DNA of 64,000 nt from Candidatus Limnocylindrales bacterium (GCA_035540555.1 DATLGJ010000001.1:73032-137031), one strand, 5' to 3'; positions 28,690 through 39,823 are shown, counted from the first letter of the stretch. Numbers and translations: made by a program. The notes: generated by a model not told the origin, from the sequence alone.

Positions 28690-29522
28690 GCGACCAGCAG
28701 CCGCGCTATCCGGCCGGGACCATGCCGCGCCATCTCGGGGACGTCATCGTCCGGGCGCGCGGCGTGCACAAGTTCTTTGGCGAGCTGCACGTCCTGCGCG
28801 GCGTGGACCTCGACGTCTGGCAGGCGGAAGCGGTGATGCTCGTCGGGCGTTCGGGCAGCGGCAAGACGACGCTGTTGCGCTGCCTCAACTTCCTCGAGGA
28901 GCCGACGCTGGGGGCGATCGAGGTGGACGGCCTGAGGGTGGAGGCGGATCCGCTTGGCCGGCGCGGCCGCGGGCACGGCGAGGAGATTCGCCAGATCCGG
29001 CTGCGGGCGGGAATGCTCTTCCAGGACTTCAACCTGTTCCCGCACATGAGCGTTCTGCAGAACCTGATCGAGGCGCCCATGCGGGTGAAGGGCATGTCGC
29101 GCGACGAGGCAGTCTCACTGGCCGATCAGTTCCTCGACAAGGTCGGCTTGATGGACAAGCGCGAGGAGTACCCGGCGCGGCTCTCCGGCGGGCAGAAGCA
29201 GCGAGTGGCCATCGCCCGCGCCCTGTGCATGCAGCCGAAGGTATTGATGTTCGACGAGCCGACCAGCGCCCTCGACCCGGAGCTCATCGGGGAGGTGCTG
29301 CGGGTGATGGAGGATCTGGCTCACGAGGGCACGACCATGATCGTGGTCACCCATGAGATGCACTTTGCACGCGAGGCCGCTGACAGGGTCGTCTTCATGG
29401 AGGACGGCCAGATCATCGAGCAGGGACCGCCGGAGACGATGCTCAACGACCCGCGGGACCCGCGGACCAAGCAGTTCCTGCGCCGCTTCCTTGATTCCGG
29501 CGGAGGCCCGGGCGCCGACTGA
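28686..29522 (+). CDS. amino-acid ABC transporter ATP-binding protein
   Basis: 278 aa; GRSGSGKTT, LSGGQKQRVAIARAL, MFDEPTSALD; ATGA overlap with the permease gene. Confidence 0.92.
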   Translation: MSDQQPRYPAGTMPRHLGDVIVRARGVHKFFGELHVLRGVDLDVWQAEAVMLVGRSGSGKTTLLRCLNFLEEPTLGAIEVDGLRVEADPLGRRGRGHGEEIRQIRLRAGMLFQDFNLFPHMSVLQNLIEAPMRVKGMSRDEAVSLADQFLDKVGLMDKREEYPARLSGGQKQRVAIARALCMQPKVLMFDEPTSALDPELIGEVLRVMEDLAHEGTTMIVVTHEMHFAREAADRVVFMEDGQIIEQGPPETMLNDPRDPRTKQFLRRFLDSGGGPGAD

Positions 29523-29552
29523 GCGCCGCGCCGGCAAGCGCCGATAGGGAGC

Positions 29553-30263
29553 TCAGACGCCCAGGTAGGCCCGCCTGACCTCGTCGTTGTTGCGCAGCTG
29601 ATCAGCTGCGTCGGCCAGAACGATCTCGCCCGTCTGCAGGATGTAGCCGCGGTGGGCGATCTCGAGCGCCATGTGCGCGTTCTGCTCCACGAGCAGGATC
29701 GCCGTGCCGTCCTTGTGGATCGTGACGATGGTGTCGAAGATCTGCTCGACGAGGTTGGGCGCCAGGCCCATCGAAGGCTCGTCCAGCAGCAGCACCCGCG
29801 GCTTGGCCATCAGCGCCCGGCCCATTGCCAGCATCTGCTGCTCGCCGCCGGAGAGCGTGCCGGCGATCTGCGTGCGCCGCTCTCTGAGGCGCGGGAACAT
29901 CACGTAGGCGCGTTCAACGCCGTCGTTTACCTCGGTCTTGCTCTTGAGCGTGAAGCCGCCCATGCGCAGGTTTTCCTCGACGGTCAGGCGGGCAAACACG
30001 CGCCGTCCTTCTGGCACCTGGATGATGCCCATCGGGACCATCTCGTGCGACGCCACGACGGTCACGTCGCGGCCCTCGTACATGATCTGGCCGCTGCGCG
30101 GACGGACGATGCCGCTGATGCTGTTGAGGGTCGTGGTCTTGCCCGCTCCGTTGGCGCCGATGAGGGTCACGATCTCGCCCTCGCCCACCGTCAGGGAGAT
30201 GCCGTTGAGGGCATGGATGTTGCCGTAGTACGTATGCAGGTCAATGATCTCGAGCAGCGCCAT
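29553..30263 (-). CDS. livF: branched-chain amino-acid ABC transporter ATP-binding protein
   Basis: 236 aa; GANGAGKTTTL, LSGGEQQMLAMGRAL, LLLDEPSMGLAP. Confidence 0.93.
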   Translation of the reverse strand: MALLEIIDLHTYYGNIHALNGISLTVGEGEIVTLIGANGAGKTTTLNSISGIVRPRSGQIMYEGRDVTVVASHEMVPMGIIQVPEGRRVFARLTVEENLRMGGFTLKSKTEVNDGVERAYVMFPRLRERRTQIAGTLSGGEQQMLAMGRALMAKPRVLLLDEPSMGLAPNLVEQIFDTIVTIHKDGTAILLVEQNAHMALEIAHRGYILQTGEIVLADAADQLRNNDEVRRAYLGV

Positions 30264-30264
30264 C

Positions 30265-31086
30265 TCAGGCCTCCCCTGCCTGCGGCGGCCCGGCGGCCTG
30301 CACGCGCTCGGCCTCTGCCGCCGCCGCGGCTCGACCGAGATATGCCTCGATCACGCGCGCGTCGCTCTGGATCGCGGCAGGCGGGCCCTCGGCGATCTTC
30401 TCGCCGTAGTCGAGCACCGTGATCCGCTCGCTGATGCCCATCACCACACGCATCTCGTGCTCGATCAACAGTACGGTCATGCCCAGCTCATCGCGCAGGC
30501 GGCGGATGAACTCGGTCATGCCGGCCTTCTCGGAGGGGTTCATGCCTGCAGTCGGCTCGTCAAGGAGGAGCAGCTTGGGTTGGGTGGCCAGCGCACGCCC
30601 GATCTCAAGACGGCGCTGGTCACCGTAGGGCAGGTTCTTGGCCAGCCAGTCCCCGCGGCCCTGCAGTCCGACGTAGTTGAGCAGGCGACGGCCTTCCGCG
30701 AACGCCTTCTCTTCTTCATCGCGAATGCGCTTGGTCTTGAGGACCGTGCCCATCCAGGTGCCGGCCAGATGGATGTGCTGGCCGACCAGGATGTTCTCCA
30801 GCGCGGTCATGTTGCCGAAGAGCCGGATGTTCTGGTAGGTCCGGTTGATGCCGAGCTGGGCGATCTTGTCCGAACGGAGGCCGTGGATCGGCGTGCCGTC
30901 GAAGATGATCTCGCCCTCGTCGATCTTGTAGAACCCGGCGATGCAGTTAAAGAACGTCGTCTTGCCGGCTCCGTTCGGCCCGATGACGCTGACGATCGAT
31001 CCGGGCTCGATCGTGAAGTCGAGCTTGTTGACGGCGACGAGGCCGCCGAAGTTCTTGGTGATCTGGTTGGCAGTCAGCAGCGGCAC
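30265..31086 (-). CDS. livG: branched-chain amino-acid ABC transporter ATP-binding protein
   Basis: 273 aa; GPNGAGKTTFFN, LPYGDQRRLEIGRAL, LLLDEPTAGMNP. Confidence 0.93.
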   Translation of the reverse strand: MPLLTANQITKNFGGLVAVNKLDFTIEPGSIVSVIGPNGAGKTTFFNCIAGFYKIDEGEIIFDGTPIHGLRSDKIAQLGINRTYQNIRLFGNMTALENILVGQHIHLAGTWMGTVLKTKRIRDEEEKAFAEGRRLLNYVGLQGRGDWLAKNLPYGDQRRLEIGRALATQPKLLLLDEPTAGMNPSEKAGMTEFIRRLRDELGMTVLLIEHEMRVVMGISERITVLDYGEKIAEGPPAAIQSDARVIEAYLGRAAAAAEAERVQAAGPPQAGEA

Positions 31087-31089
31087 CGC

Positions 31090-33221
31090 TCAGCTCCTGT
31101 CATCCGTTGCGCGATGCCGCGCGTCCAACTCAAGCTCGGTGGCGTCGGCTGGATAGCGGGACGTGGCGTCGTCGCCCGCGTTTGACTCGGTGGCGGGGTC
31201 GGCGCTGCGTGCCTCGGCCACCGTTGGCTCCCGCTCAGTGCCGGTCTGGGCCTGCGTGCGGGCGGCGACGGCCGTGCCGACCGGGTTCTCGGCGGGCTCC
31301 ACGTTTTCTTCCTCGACGTGAAGCTCGCGCTGGACGACCCGTGAAGGCAGCAGCCCCTCGGGCCGGAAGCGCATCATCAGGATCAGCGCGGCACCGTAGA
31401 AGAGGAAGCGGTACTCGCTGAACTCGCGGAAGAGCTCGGGCAGGCCGATGAGGAAGATCGCACCAAGGACCACTCCCGGGATGCTGCCCATGCCGCCGAT
31501 GATCACGATGGCGGCGACGTTGATCGAGACGATCAGGCTGATGCTCGTGTTGAAGATGGAGCCGACCAGGCCGGCGAAGACGGCCCCTCCCAGCCCGGCG
31601 AAGGCGGCGCCGAGGGAGTACGCCAGCAGCTTGGTCTGGACCAGGTTGATGCCCAGGGCCTCGGCCACGTCCTCGTCCTCACGGATCGCCAGCCAGGCAC
31701 GGCCAAGCCGGGAATCGCGAAGCCGATACGACAGGAAGGCAATCAGCGCAGCTCCGGCGAGCGCGATGTAGTAGATCTGCGTCGGCCCCGAGAACGGGTT
31801 GGCCGGTGGCAGGGGGATCGGCCGCGGGATCAGCGTCATGCCCTGCGGACCACCGAGAAAGTCCTGCAGCAGCGCCGACCCGACGAGGATGCGCACGATC
31901 TCACCGAAGCCGAGCGTCGCAATGGCCAGGTAGTCGCCCCTGATCCCGAGGACTGGCAGGCCGAGGAAGGCCCCGAAGATGAACGCGAAGAGGACGGCGA
32001 TCGGCACGGCGAACCACCAGCCGCCCGGCTCGCTGAACGGAGCGATGTTGAGACCGAGGGGGCCGGCCGATGTGAGGACGCCAACGGTGTAGGCGCCGAC
32101 GGCAAAGAAAGCGACGAAGCCGAGGTCCAGCAGGCCGGCCATGCCCAGGGTGATGTTGAGTCCGAAGGACATCATCATGTAGAGCACGACCAGTGCCACT
32201 ACCTGGGCAAAGAACGGTCCCAGGCCATGGGGCAGGACGAGCACGAACAGGAAGGCCAGGATGAACAGCGGCGAGAGCGCCACCTGACGTCGTCGCTTGG
32301 GCATTGCCGCGAAGCGTTCCTCGACGCGCGAGCGGTGAAGCTGGCGATGGATCGTGGCCCCGAGCAGGCCGCCCGCGGCGATCCCAATCGCGCCTCCGAC
32401 GAGACCGCCGATGGCCAGCCCTTCCGTCGCGGGAAGCTCCGGCCGGGTCAGGGTTGCGAGCAGCTGGCCGCCGAGGAAGGCGAGAACGGCTCCACCCACC
32501 ACGCCGCCGATGACGCCGCCGCGTCGGAAGGCCGAACCCGGGCCGAACCGTTCACCGATGAATCCTCCGATTCCGGCACCGAGGGCTCCGCTCAGCACGA
32601 TCGCTGCGCCGTAAAGGCTCAGGCCCCTGACCGCGAAGAGCTCCCGCCCGGCCCACGCATATGGGCTGGCCAGCATCGGCGTGCGCAGCAGTCCGGCGAA
32701 CAGGCCGAGCACGGCAATCGCCAGCGCAGCCACCACCACCGACCTGCGGACGGGGGCCGGAAGCAGGGCGATCACGGCTCCACCGAGGCCCATGGCCAGG
32801 CCCAGCACCGTCGGCAGAAGCGGGCCCCAGACCTGGTCGTAGGTGAAGAACGTCAGCAGCTGCCAGAGCCCGGGCACCGCATGCTGCGAGAACGTTCGCA
32901 GGTTGACCAGCGGGCCGATCACGACCAGCGCCGTGATCATCGCCCCGGTCACCAGGCCGGCAACCGCGCCGTAGGCGACTATCTGTGAGCGCGTCGCCGC
33001 GTGACGGGTGGCGATGTACCCGATCACCACGGGCACTGCCAGGATGGCCGCCTCGCCGAGCGTGATCACGCCGGCAACGAGGCTCTGGCCGTGGAAGACC
33101 GGCACGATGCCGACCAGCGCCAGGTAGATGGCGGCGACCCCGCCCACGAAGCCCAGCCACAGCACCGGTCGCCAGGCCCCCAGCATGTCGCGATTTCGGC
33201 GCGCTCCGACTGCGACCGCGG

Positions 33222-33225
<4 letters not shown>
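31090..33225 (-). CDS. livM: branched-chain amino-acid ABC permease (LivM type) with ~325-aa extra polytopic N-terminal region
   Basis: 711 aa; the LivM core starts near ...LSPLFILAFLFVLVLPH; the N-terminal third is Gly/Ala/Val-rich TM segments. Confidence 0.9.
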
Positions 33226-34298
<1,073 letters not shown>

Positions 34299-34390
34299 CC
34301 CTGCTCCGGTGACGGTCGACGGGGGTTAGTCGATGAGCCGGGCGATGTACGCCCGGCTCATCTTCTCAAGCAGGTCCTGTTGGCCTGTTG

Positions 34391-35791
34391 TTACTCCTCC
34401 GGCCGCCAGAACGGATCCGGGGGCCAGTTCGCGTCGGGATCCTGAGCGATCTCCGGCGTGATCTGGTAGATGGCGATGACCGGTGCGCTGCAGTCGCCGT
34501 ACTCGTCGCACGACAGCGTGCCAGTAATGCCCTCGAAGTTGGAGGTCGCAAAGATGGCGTCTCGCAGAGCCTGGCGACCAACGTACAGAGTGCCGTCGAC
34601 CTCCACGCCGACCTGCTCGACCGCATCCAGCAGGATGTTGGTTGCGTCGTAGGCGTGAGCGTGGAAGATCTGGATGGGAGCGCTGCCGAAGGACTCCTCG
34701 TACTTCTGCAGGAACTCCTGGTAGCCGCCACCGAAGGCGGTGAAGTCAGGGCTCGACAGGTAGGCGCCCTCGACGTTCGGACCGGAGGCGTTCATCGCCT
34801 CGGCCGAGAAGCCGGCATCCGCGCCAAGGAGAACGGTCTCCTCCAGGCCCTGGATGTCGCGCACCTGTGCCGTCACGAAGCCGAACTCGGCGGTGAACAG
34901 CGGGTAGTAGATGGCACCGGGGTTGCCGGCGGCCAGGTCGGTCAGCAGAGGACGCATGTCGGTCTCGCCGCGCTGCGTGGCACCGCTGCCGGTGATCGTG
35001 CCGCCGAGCTCCTGGAAGCGGGCCTCGAACACACCCACGAGGGCCTCAGAGTAGGCCTCGCTCATGTGGATCGTGGCAGCCTCGGTGATGCCCAGCTCGT
35101 TGTAGACGAAGTCGGCCGCCACGACGCCCTGGATGGCATCGGAGTGGGCCGTTCGCAGGTAGCCATCGAGCTCGGGGCCGCGCTGCTCCGGATCGGTGAA
35201 GGCGGGTCGAGTGTTCGACGGCGAGATGGTCGTGAAGCCGGCGTCGGTGATCGTGCCGATGCCGCCGGCGGTCTCCGCCGAGCAGGTCGAGCCGATCAGG
35301 CCGACGATGGTCTGGTCGGCGACCAGGGCCGTGGCGGCGGTGGCGCCGCCCTCGGGCGTACAAAGGGCGTCCTGCGAGCTCAGCCGGATCTCACGGCCGT
35401 GGAGCTCGCCTCGATCGTTGATGGCGATCTCGACGCCACGACGGGAGTCCTCGCCGAGCGCCGCGTCGGGGCCCGAGATGACGCCCCAGAAGGCGATGTG
35501 GATGGGCTCACCGGCCGGGATCTCGACGACGCCCAGCGGGTCGTCCGGGATCTCGCCCGTGCCCGGGGTTTCACCCGTGCCGGGGGTCTCACCCGTGCCC
35601 GGGGTCTCACCCGTGCCCGGTGTCTCACCCGTGCCGGGGGTCTCACCCGTGCCCGGTGTCTCCTGGCCCGTGCCCGGGGTCTCCCCCGTGCCCGGCGTTC
35701 CCTGGCCGGGCGTCGGCTGGGCTCCAGGCTGGCAGGCCGCGACGACGAACAGCGCAAGTAGCGCGATCGCCGCGAGTCTCCTCAGCAGCAT
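34391..35791 (-). CDS. livK: branched-chain amino-acid ABC substrate-binding lipoprotein with a repetitive (GETPGT)n linker
   Basis: 466 aa; lipobox VVAAC; periplasmic-binding-protein type I body (IGSTCSAE, YYPLF). Confidence 0.9.
   Translation of the reverse strand: MLLRRLAAIALLALFVVAACQPGAQPTPGQGTPGTGETPGTGQETPGTGETPGTGETPGTGETPGTGETPGTGETPGTGEIPDDPLGVVEIPAGEPIHIAFWGVISGPDAALGEDSRRGVEIAINDRGELHGREIRLSSQDALCTPEGGATAATALVADQTIVGLIGSTCSAETAGGIGTITDAGFTTISPSNTRPAFTDPEQRGPELDGYLRTAHSDAIQGVVAADFVYNELGITEAATIHMSEAYSEALVGVFEARFQELGGTITGSGATQRGETDMRPLLTDLAAGNPGAIYYPLFTAEFGFVTAQVRDIQGLEETVLLGADAGFSAEAMNASGPNVEGAYLSSPDFTAFGGGYQEFLQKYEESFGSAPIQIFHAHAYDATNILLDAVEQVGVEVDGTLYVGRQALRDAIFATSNFEGITGTLSCDEYGDCSAPVIAIYQITPEIAQDPDANWPPDPFWRPEE
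35551..35697. repeat. about 8 tandem 18-bp units (tctcacccgtgcccgggg and variants), in frame within livK
   Basis: units read at 35551, 35569, 35587, 35605, 35623, 35641, then two degenerate units; encode GTGETP repeats. Confidence 0.9.
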
Positions 35792-36153
35792 TGGCTGATT
35801 CCTCCTCTATCTGGACCTGGCGTCAACCGGTGATCGGTGGACGCGCCGCGTCGTCCGTTCTGATCGCATCTGGCCCGCCACGGATAGGGTCCGCGGACAA
35901 TCGAGCCAGACGCTCGGCGTGGTGTGCCGGGCGCACGATCAGCAGCGCGCGGGCTGCAGACGCGATGCCGTATGATAGCCAACAGCGCCTCGTTTGCAAC
36001 AAGATGCGTCGAGTTGCCCGGGTCGCGCCCCTCGTGCCGAGTGCAGGAGTGGTGTGCGGTTCCGTGCGGCTGACTCGATCGGATCCGGCGGGAGTGAGGT
36101 GCCGCAGGCGGCTCCGGCCCGGAGCGCCCATCGCCCACGAGGGATGAGACAGC

Positions 36154-36612
36154 GTGGAGTATCAGGTCCGTGACGCGCGGCTGACCGACATCGATCGAGT
36201 CAGCGAGTTGATCCAGCGAGCCGATCCGTCCTGGACGGACGATCGGATTTCGTACGCGTCGGATTTGTTGCGCCAGCTGATCTATATGCCCAGTGCGTCG
36301 GTGATGGTTGCGCTCGAGGGACGCCAGGTCGAGGGAGCGGCGATCCTGTCGCTGCGGCCCTCGGTCGTCGCCCGCGGCTTCGTCGGAACGATCGACCTGA
36401 TCGCGATCGAGCCTGGCCACGAGCTGGCTGGCTCGGTCGAGGCGCTGCTCAAGGAGATCATTCGATCCGCTCGCAACAAGGGTTGCGTGGCTATCGAGAT
36501 GGTGCCGCCCGCTGAGCCTGCCCTGCAGGCGGCGCTCGAGAGCCTTGGTTTCGCCCCGGCCCCGGGCATGATCAGCCTGTCACTGACGGCTGCTCGGGCA
36601 AGCGTCGGCTGA
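36154..36612 (+). CDS. GNAT-family N-acetyltransferase (probable)
   Basis: 152 aa; GTIDLIAIEPGHELAGSVEALLKEIIRSARNKGCVAIEM...ESLGF resembles the GNAT core; GTG start. Confidence 0.65.
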   Translation: MEYQVRDARLTDIDRVSELIQRADPSWTDDRISYASDLLRQLIYMPSASVMVALEGRQVEGAAILSLRPSVVARGFVGTIDLIAIEPGHELAGSVEALLKEIIRSARNKGCVAIEMVPPAEPALQAALESLGFAPAPGMISLSLTAARASVG

Positions 36613-36678
36613 GCGAGCCGCCCGCGCCTGCGGGCCAGACATGCGCGGCCATCGCCGCGCCAACACAGGAGTAACCGG

Positions 36679-38358
36679 GTGAGCAAGAACGTCGCCGTCT
36701 TCGTCGACGTGGCGAACATTTTCTACGCTGCCAAGGCGGGCGGCGTGGACATCGATTACGTGACACTGCTCAAGTCCGCCGTCGCCGGCCGTGACTTCGT
36801 GCGCGCGTACGCCTACACCGGCCTCGATCCGGAGAACGAGAACCAGCGCCAGTTCCACTCATTTCTGGCGCGCAGTGGCTACAAGGTCGTCAGCAAGGAC
36901 ATCCGCAAGTACGGCGATGGCCGGATCAAGGCCAACCTCGACATCGAGCTCGTGGTCGATTTGATGCGACTGGCACGCAACCTCGACATCGCGGTGGTCG
37001 TGTCCGGCGACGGAGACTTTGCGCCGGCGATACGCGCCGTCCAGGAGATGGGCGTGCGCGTCGAGGTGATCAGCTTCCGAGGCAACACCAGCTCCGACCT
37101 GATCGAGGTTGCCGACCAGTTCACCGACATCGCACAGGTCGCGCGCGTCGAGAAGGGCTCTGCACGCAGCGGCCGACGGGTCGCTGCCGAGGGTGACCTG
37201 TCGATGACCGCGGTGCCCGAGAAGGAGACCGAAGGTGCTCCGCGCCGGCGCCGAGGACGCCTCGCCGCCGAGCGGACACCCGAGGTGGCGGAGACGGGTA
37301 CCGCCGGCAACCTCATCGTCCTCCCCGGCGAGCGCCTGTCACGGGCGCCCGAGGACGAGGTGGACGACGAGAACGGCGCGACGGTAGACGAAGGGGACGA
37401 GGCAGCGCAGGGCGAGGCGGCCGAGCGTCGCCGTCGTCGGCGACGGGGTGGCCGCGGTCGTGGCCGCGGTCGCCGTGACGAGATGCCTGTGGGTGAGTCC
37501 GCCGTTGCGGCCGAAGGCAACCTGGACGAGGAGGAAGACGACTTCGAGGAGGTGCCCGCGCAGCTGCCCCATCACACGACGTTCGGGTCGGTCTGGGACA
37601 GCCAGCTGGGCGTGCCCAGCGCAGTGCCCGTCCAGGGCTCGTACGAGCCCGGCGAGGAAGAGGAGGACTACGAGGAGCCCGAAGTGCCCGAGTATCTCCT
37701 CGCCGAGCGTCGCCAGCGCCAGCGCGGCGGTCGCGGTCGGATGCAGCGCGGCGGTCGCCAGGGCGCCTATCAGGCAGCGCTCGAGCGCGAGCGTTATGGC
37801 CGCACAGGCGGCAGCTTCGGCGGTTCCCGCCTGCTCGACAGGCCGCCCCGCCAGGACCGACGCCGTGGTGGGCCGCCCGCCGGCGCAGGCCAGCGTCCGC
37901 CGCGCCAGGACCGTGACCGGCCGGCACCCGAGCGGCGCCCGGCCGAGGCCCGTGCCAGCGCCCCGTCCGGTGACCCCTGGACGGAGGTCCCCGAGGATCT
38001 CGAGGAGCTGCTCCGGGCAGAGCTGACACGCAAGTTGACCAACGGTTCCGCGGACGGTCGGCCGCCGAGCGGCCAACCGGCGCCTGCCCCCGAGGCCGCG
38101 GCCGACGAGCCGGCGCCCGCCGCCGAGGCAGCGCCCGACGGCGAGGAGAAGCCCAAGCGCGCGACCCGATCGCGGGCCAAGCCCACGGACGAAGCCGCCG
38201 AGGCAGCGCCCGACGGCGAGGAGAAGCCCAAGCGGGCGACCCGATCGCGGGCCAAGCCAAAGGACGACGCCGCCGAGCCAGCGCCCGACGGCGAGGAGAA
38301 GCCCAAGCGGGCCACCCGATCGCGGGCCAAGCCAAAGGACGACGCGGCCGAGGGCTGA
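36679..38358 (+). CDS. NYN/LabA-like (PIN-related) domain protein with ~390-aa Arg/Gly- and acid-rich disordered tail
   Basis: 559 aa; NYN pattern VAVFVDVANIFY...KANLDIELVVD...AVVVSGDGDFAPAI...VEVISF; tail has RRRRRRRGGRGRGRGRR, RGGRGRMQRGGRQG, EEEDDFEE and 3 x 25-aa repeats. Confidence 0.8.
   Translation: MSKNVAVFVDVANIFYAAKAGGVDIDYVTLLKSAVAGRDFVRAYAYTGLDPENENQRQFHSFLARSGYKVVSKDIRKYGDGRIKANLDIELVVDLMRLARNLDIAVVVSGDGDFAPAIRAVQEMGVRVEVISFRGNTSSDLIEVADQFTDIAQVARVEKGSARSGRRVAAEGDLSMTAVPEKETEGAPRRRRGRLAAERTPEVAETGTAGNLIVLPGERLSRAPEDEVDDENGATVDEGDEAAQGEAAERRRRRRRGGRGRGRGRRDEMPVGESAVAAEGNLDEEEDDFEEVPAQLPHHTTFGSVWDSQLGVPSAVPVQGSYEPGEEEEDYEEPEVPEYLLAERRQRQRGGRGRMQRGGRQGAYQAALERERYGRTGGSFGGSRLLDRPPRQDRRRGGPPAGAGQRPPRQDRDRPAPERRPAEARASAPSGDPWTEVPEDLEELLRAELTRKLTNGSADGRPPSGQPAPAPEAAADEPAPAAEAAPDGEEKPKRATRSRAKPTDEAAEAAPDGEEKPKRATRSRAKPKDDAAEPAPDGEEKPKRATRSRAKPKDDAAEG
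38128..38352. repeat. three tandem 75-bp units at the 3' end of the NYN gene
   Basis: units start at 38128, 38203, 38278; encode (A/P)APDGEEKPKRATRSRAKP(T/K)D(E/D)AAE x3. Confidence 0.9.
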
Positions 38359-38366
38359 TCGAAGCC

Positions 38367-39530
38367 TTGGGCTCCACTTTCCGGACGCGCGGCCAGCCAA
38401 CGGCGCTGGCGATCGTCCAGCGGGCGATAGCGAACGAACGGGCGCCTCACGCGCTTCTCTTCAGCGGACCGCCGCGGGTGGGCAAGTCGACCCTTGCCCT
38501 GGATCTCGCGGCGGGACTGCTGTGCCTGGCGCGCGATCCGGGTTCGCGGCCGTGCCGCGCCTGCACCGCCTGCCGTCGTGTCGAGTCCGGCGGACACCCT
38601 GACGTCCACCGTCTCGCCCCTGAGGGTGCCGGGCGCCAGATCCGGATCGGGCAGGTGCAGGAGCTGGCGAGCGAGCTGGCGCTGCTGCCACTCGAGGGGC
38701 GCTGTCGGGTGGCGATCGTGGAGCACGCCCAGCGGCTCAATGACGACGCTCAGAACGCCCTGCTCAAGACGCTCGAGGAGCCGCCGGCCGGCGTTACCAT
38801 CATGCTCTGCGCCGACGAGCCAGCCGGACTGCTGCCAACCGTGGTAAGCCGCTGCGCGCGGATCCGGCTGGGCCCCGTTGCCCCAGCGGTGGTGGCCGGG
38901 ATAATCGTCGAGAGGGCGGCCGTTGACCGGCTACGGGCCGAGGCGCTTGGTCGAGTCAGCGGAGGCATGGTTGGGGTGGCGCTCGACCTTGCCGCTCAAC
39001 CCGAGCTGCTGCTGGCCCGTGACCGCATCGCCCGTACCCTCCTCGACCTCGTCGGCGCCGATCGCCGGGCGCGGCTGGCCGCCGCGGCGGGGCTGCTCGC
39101 TGACGGAGTCGAGATGACCGCCGTCGCTCCGCCGGCCGACGGACCTCCGACCAGCGACGCAGCCGATCCGTCTGAGGCCGCGGCGACGCCGGTCGATCTA
39201 CCGTCTCGCGGGGGCCGTTCGGCGAAGACTTCGCCGGCTGAGCGGCGCGCCGCAGTCAGCCAGGTCCTGGCTGTCTGGCGCGACCTCGCACGTGACGCCG
39301 CGTTGGCCGCCCGCGGTGCCCGTGCGGAGATTCGCCAGCACGAGCTGCTGGAAGAGATCGCGGACATTGCCGCTCGGACCGATGCCGCGCTGCTGGCGCG
39401 CTTCACGGAGCGGCTCGACGTCGCCAGCCGCGCGCTGGATGCGTACGCCAACCCCGAGCTGCTGCTGGACGTGCTGCTCCTGGTCTGGCCCTCGGCGCAG
39501 GCACCGTCAGCCGGCAAGAACGCCGCATGA
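38367..39530 (+). CDS. holB: DNA polymerase III delta-prime subunit
   Basis: 387 aa; HALLFSGPPRVGKST, zinc-module-like CRACTACRRV, ALLKTLEEPP, VVSRC. Confidence 0.85.
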   Translation: MGSTFRTRGQPTALAIVQRAIANERAPHALLFSGPPRVGKSTLALDLAAGLLCLARDPGSRPCRACTACRRVESGGHPDVHRLAPEGAGRQIRIGQVQELASELALLPLEGRCRVAIVEHAQRLNDDAQNALLKTLEEPPAGVTIMLCADEPAGLLPTVVSRCARIRLGPVAPAVVAGIIVERAAVDRLRAEALGRVSGGMVGVALDLAAQPELLLARDRIARTLLDLVGADRRARLAAAAGLLADGVEMTAVAPPADGPPTSDAADPSEAAATPVDLPSRGGRSAKTSPAERRAAVSQVLAVWRDLARDAALAARGARAEIRQHELLEEIADIAARTDAALLARFTERLDVASRALDAYANPELLLDVLLLVWPSAQAPSAGKNAA

Positions 39531-39817
39531 CGCGCCTCGAGGCGACTGTCCACGGCCACGTGCAGGGGGTCGGCTTTCGCTGGTACGTCGTCCGGCGCGC
39601 GTCGCGACTGGGGCTCACCGGCTGGGTCGCCAACCAGGCCGACGGCTCGGTACGGCTGGTCGCAGAGGGACCGGATGAGGTGCTCGAACGGCTGGCCGAA
39701 ATCATCTCGCACGGACCGGCCGGTGCTCGCGTCGATCGGGTGGATGCCGTGCGCCTGCCGGCGTCCGGCTCGTTCACCGGGTTCGTCGTCAGGGCCTCCG
39801 CTCACGGCGGCGACTGA
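39527..39817 (+). CDS. acyP: acylphosphatase
   Basis: 96 aa; VHGHVQGVGFRWYV...GLTGWVANQADGSV; ATGA overlap with holB. Confidence 0.9.
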   Translation: MTRLEATVHGHVQGVGFRWYVVRRASRLGLTGWVANQADGSVRLVAEGPDEVLERLAEIISHGPAGARVDRVDAVRLPASGSFTGFVVRASAHGGD

Positions 39818-39823
39818 CCGGCG

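Noticed and set aside
35551-35697. CRISPR-like reading of the 18-bp repeats
   Set aside because: The units are contiguous without spacers, in frame inside livK, and encode a GETPGT linker. No cas genes are present.
37313-38400. Two ~350-aa minus-strand ORFs
   Set aside because: Antisense to the repeat-rich tail of the NYN gene. They are Arg/Pro/Ala junk that mirrors the repeats.
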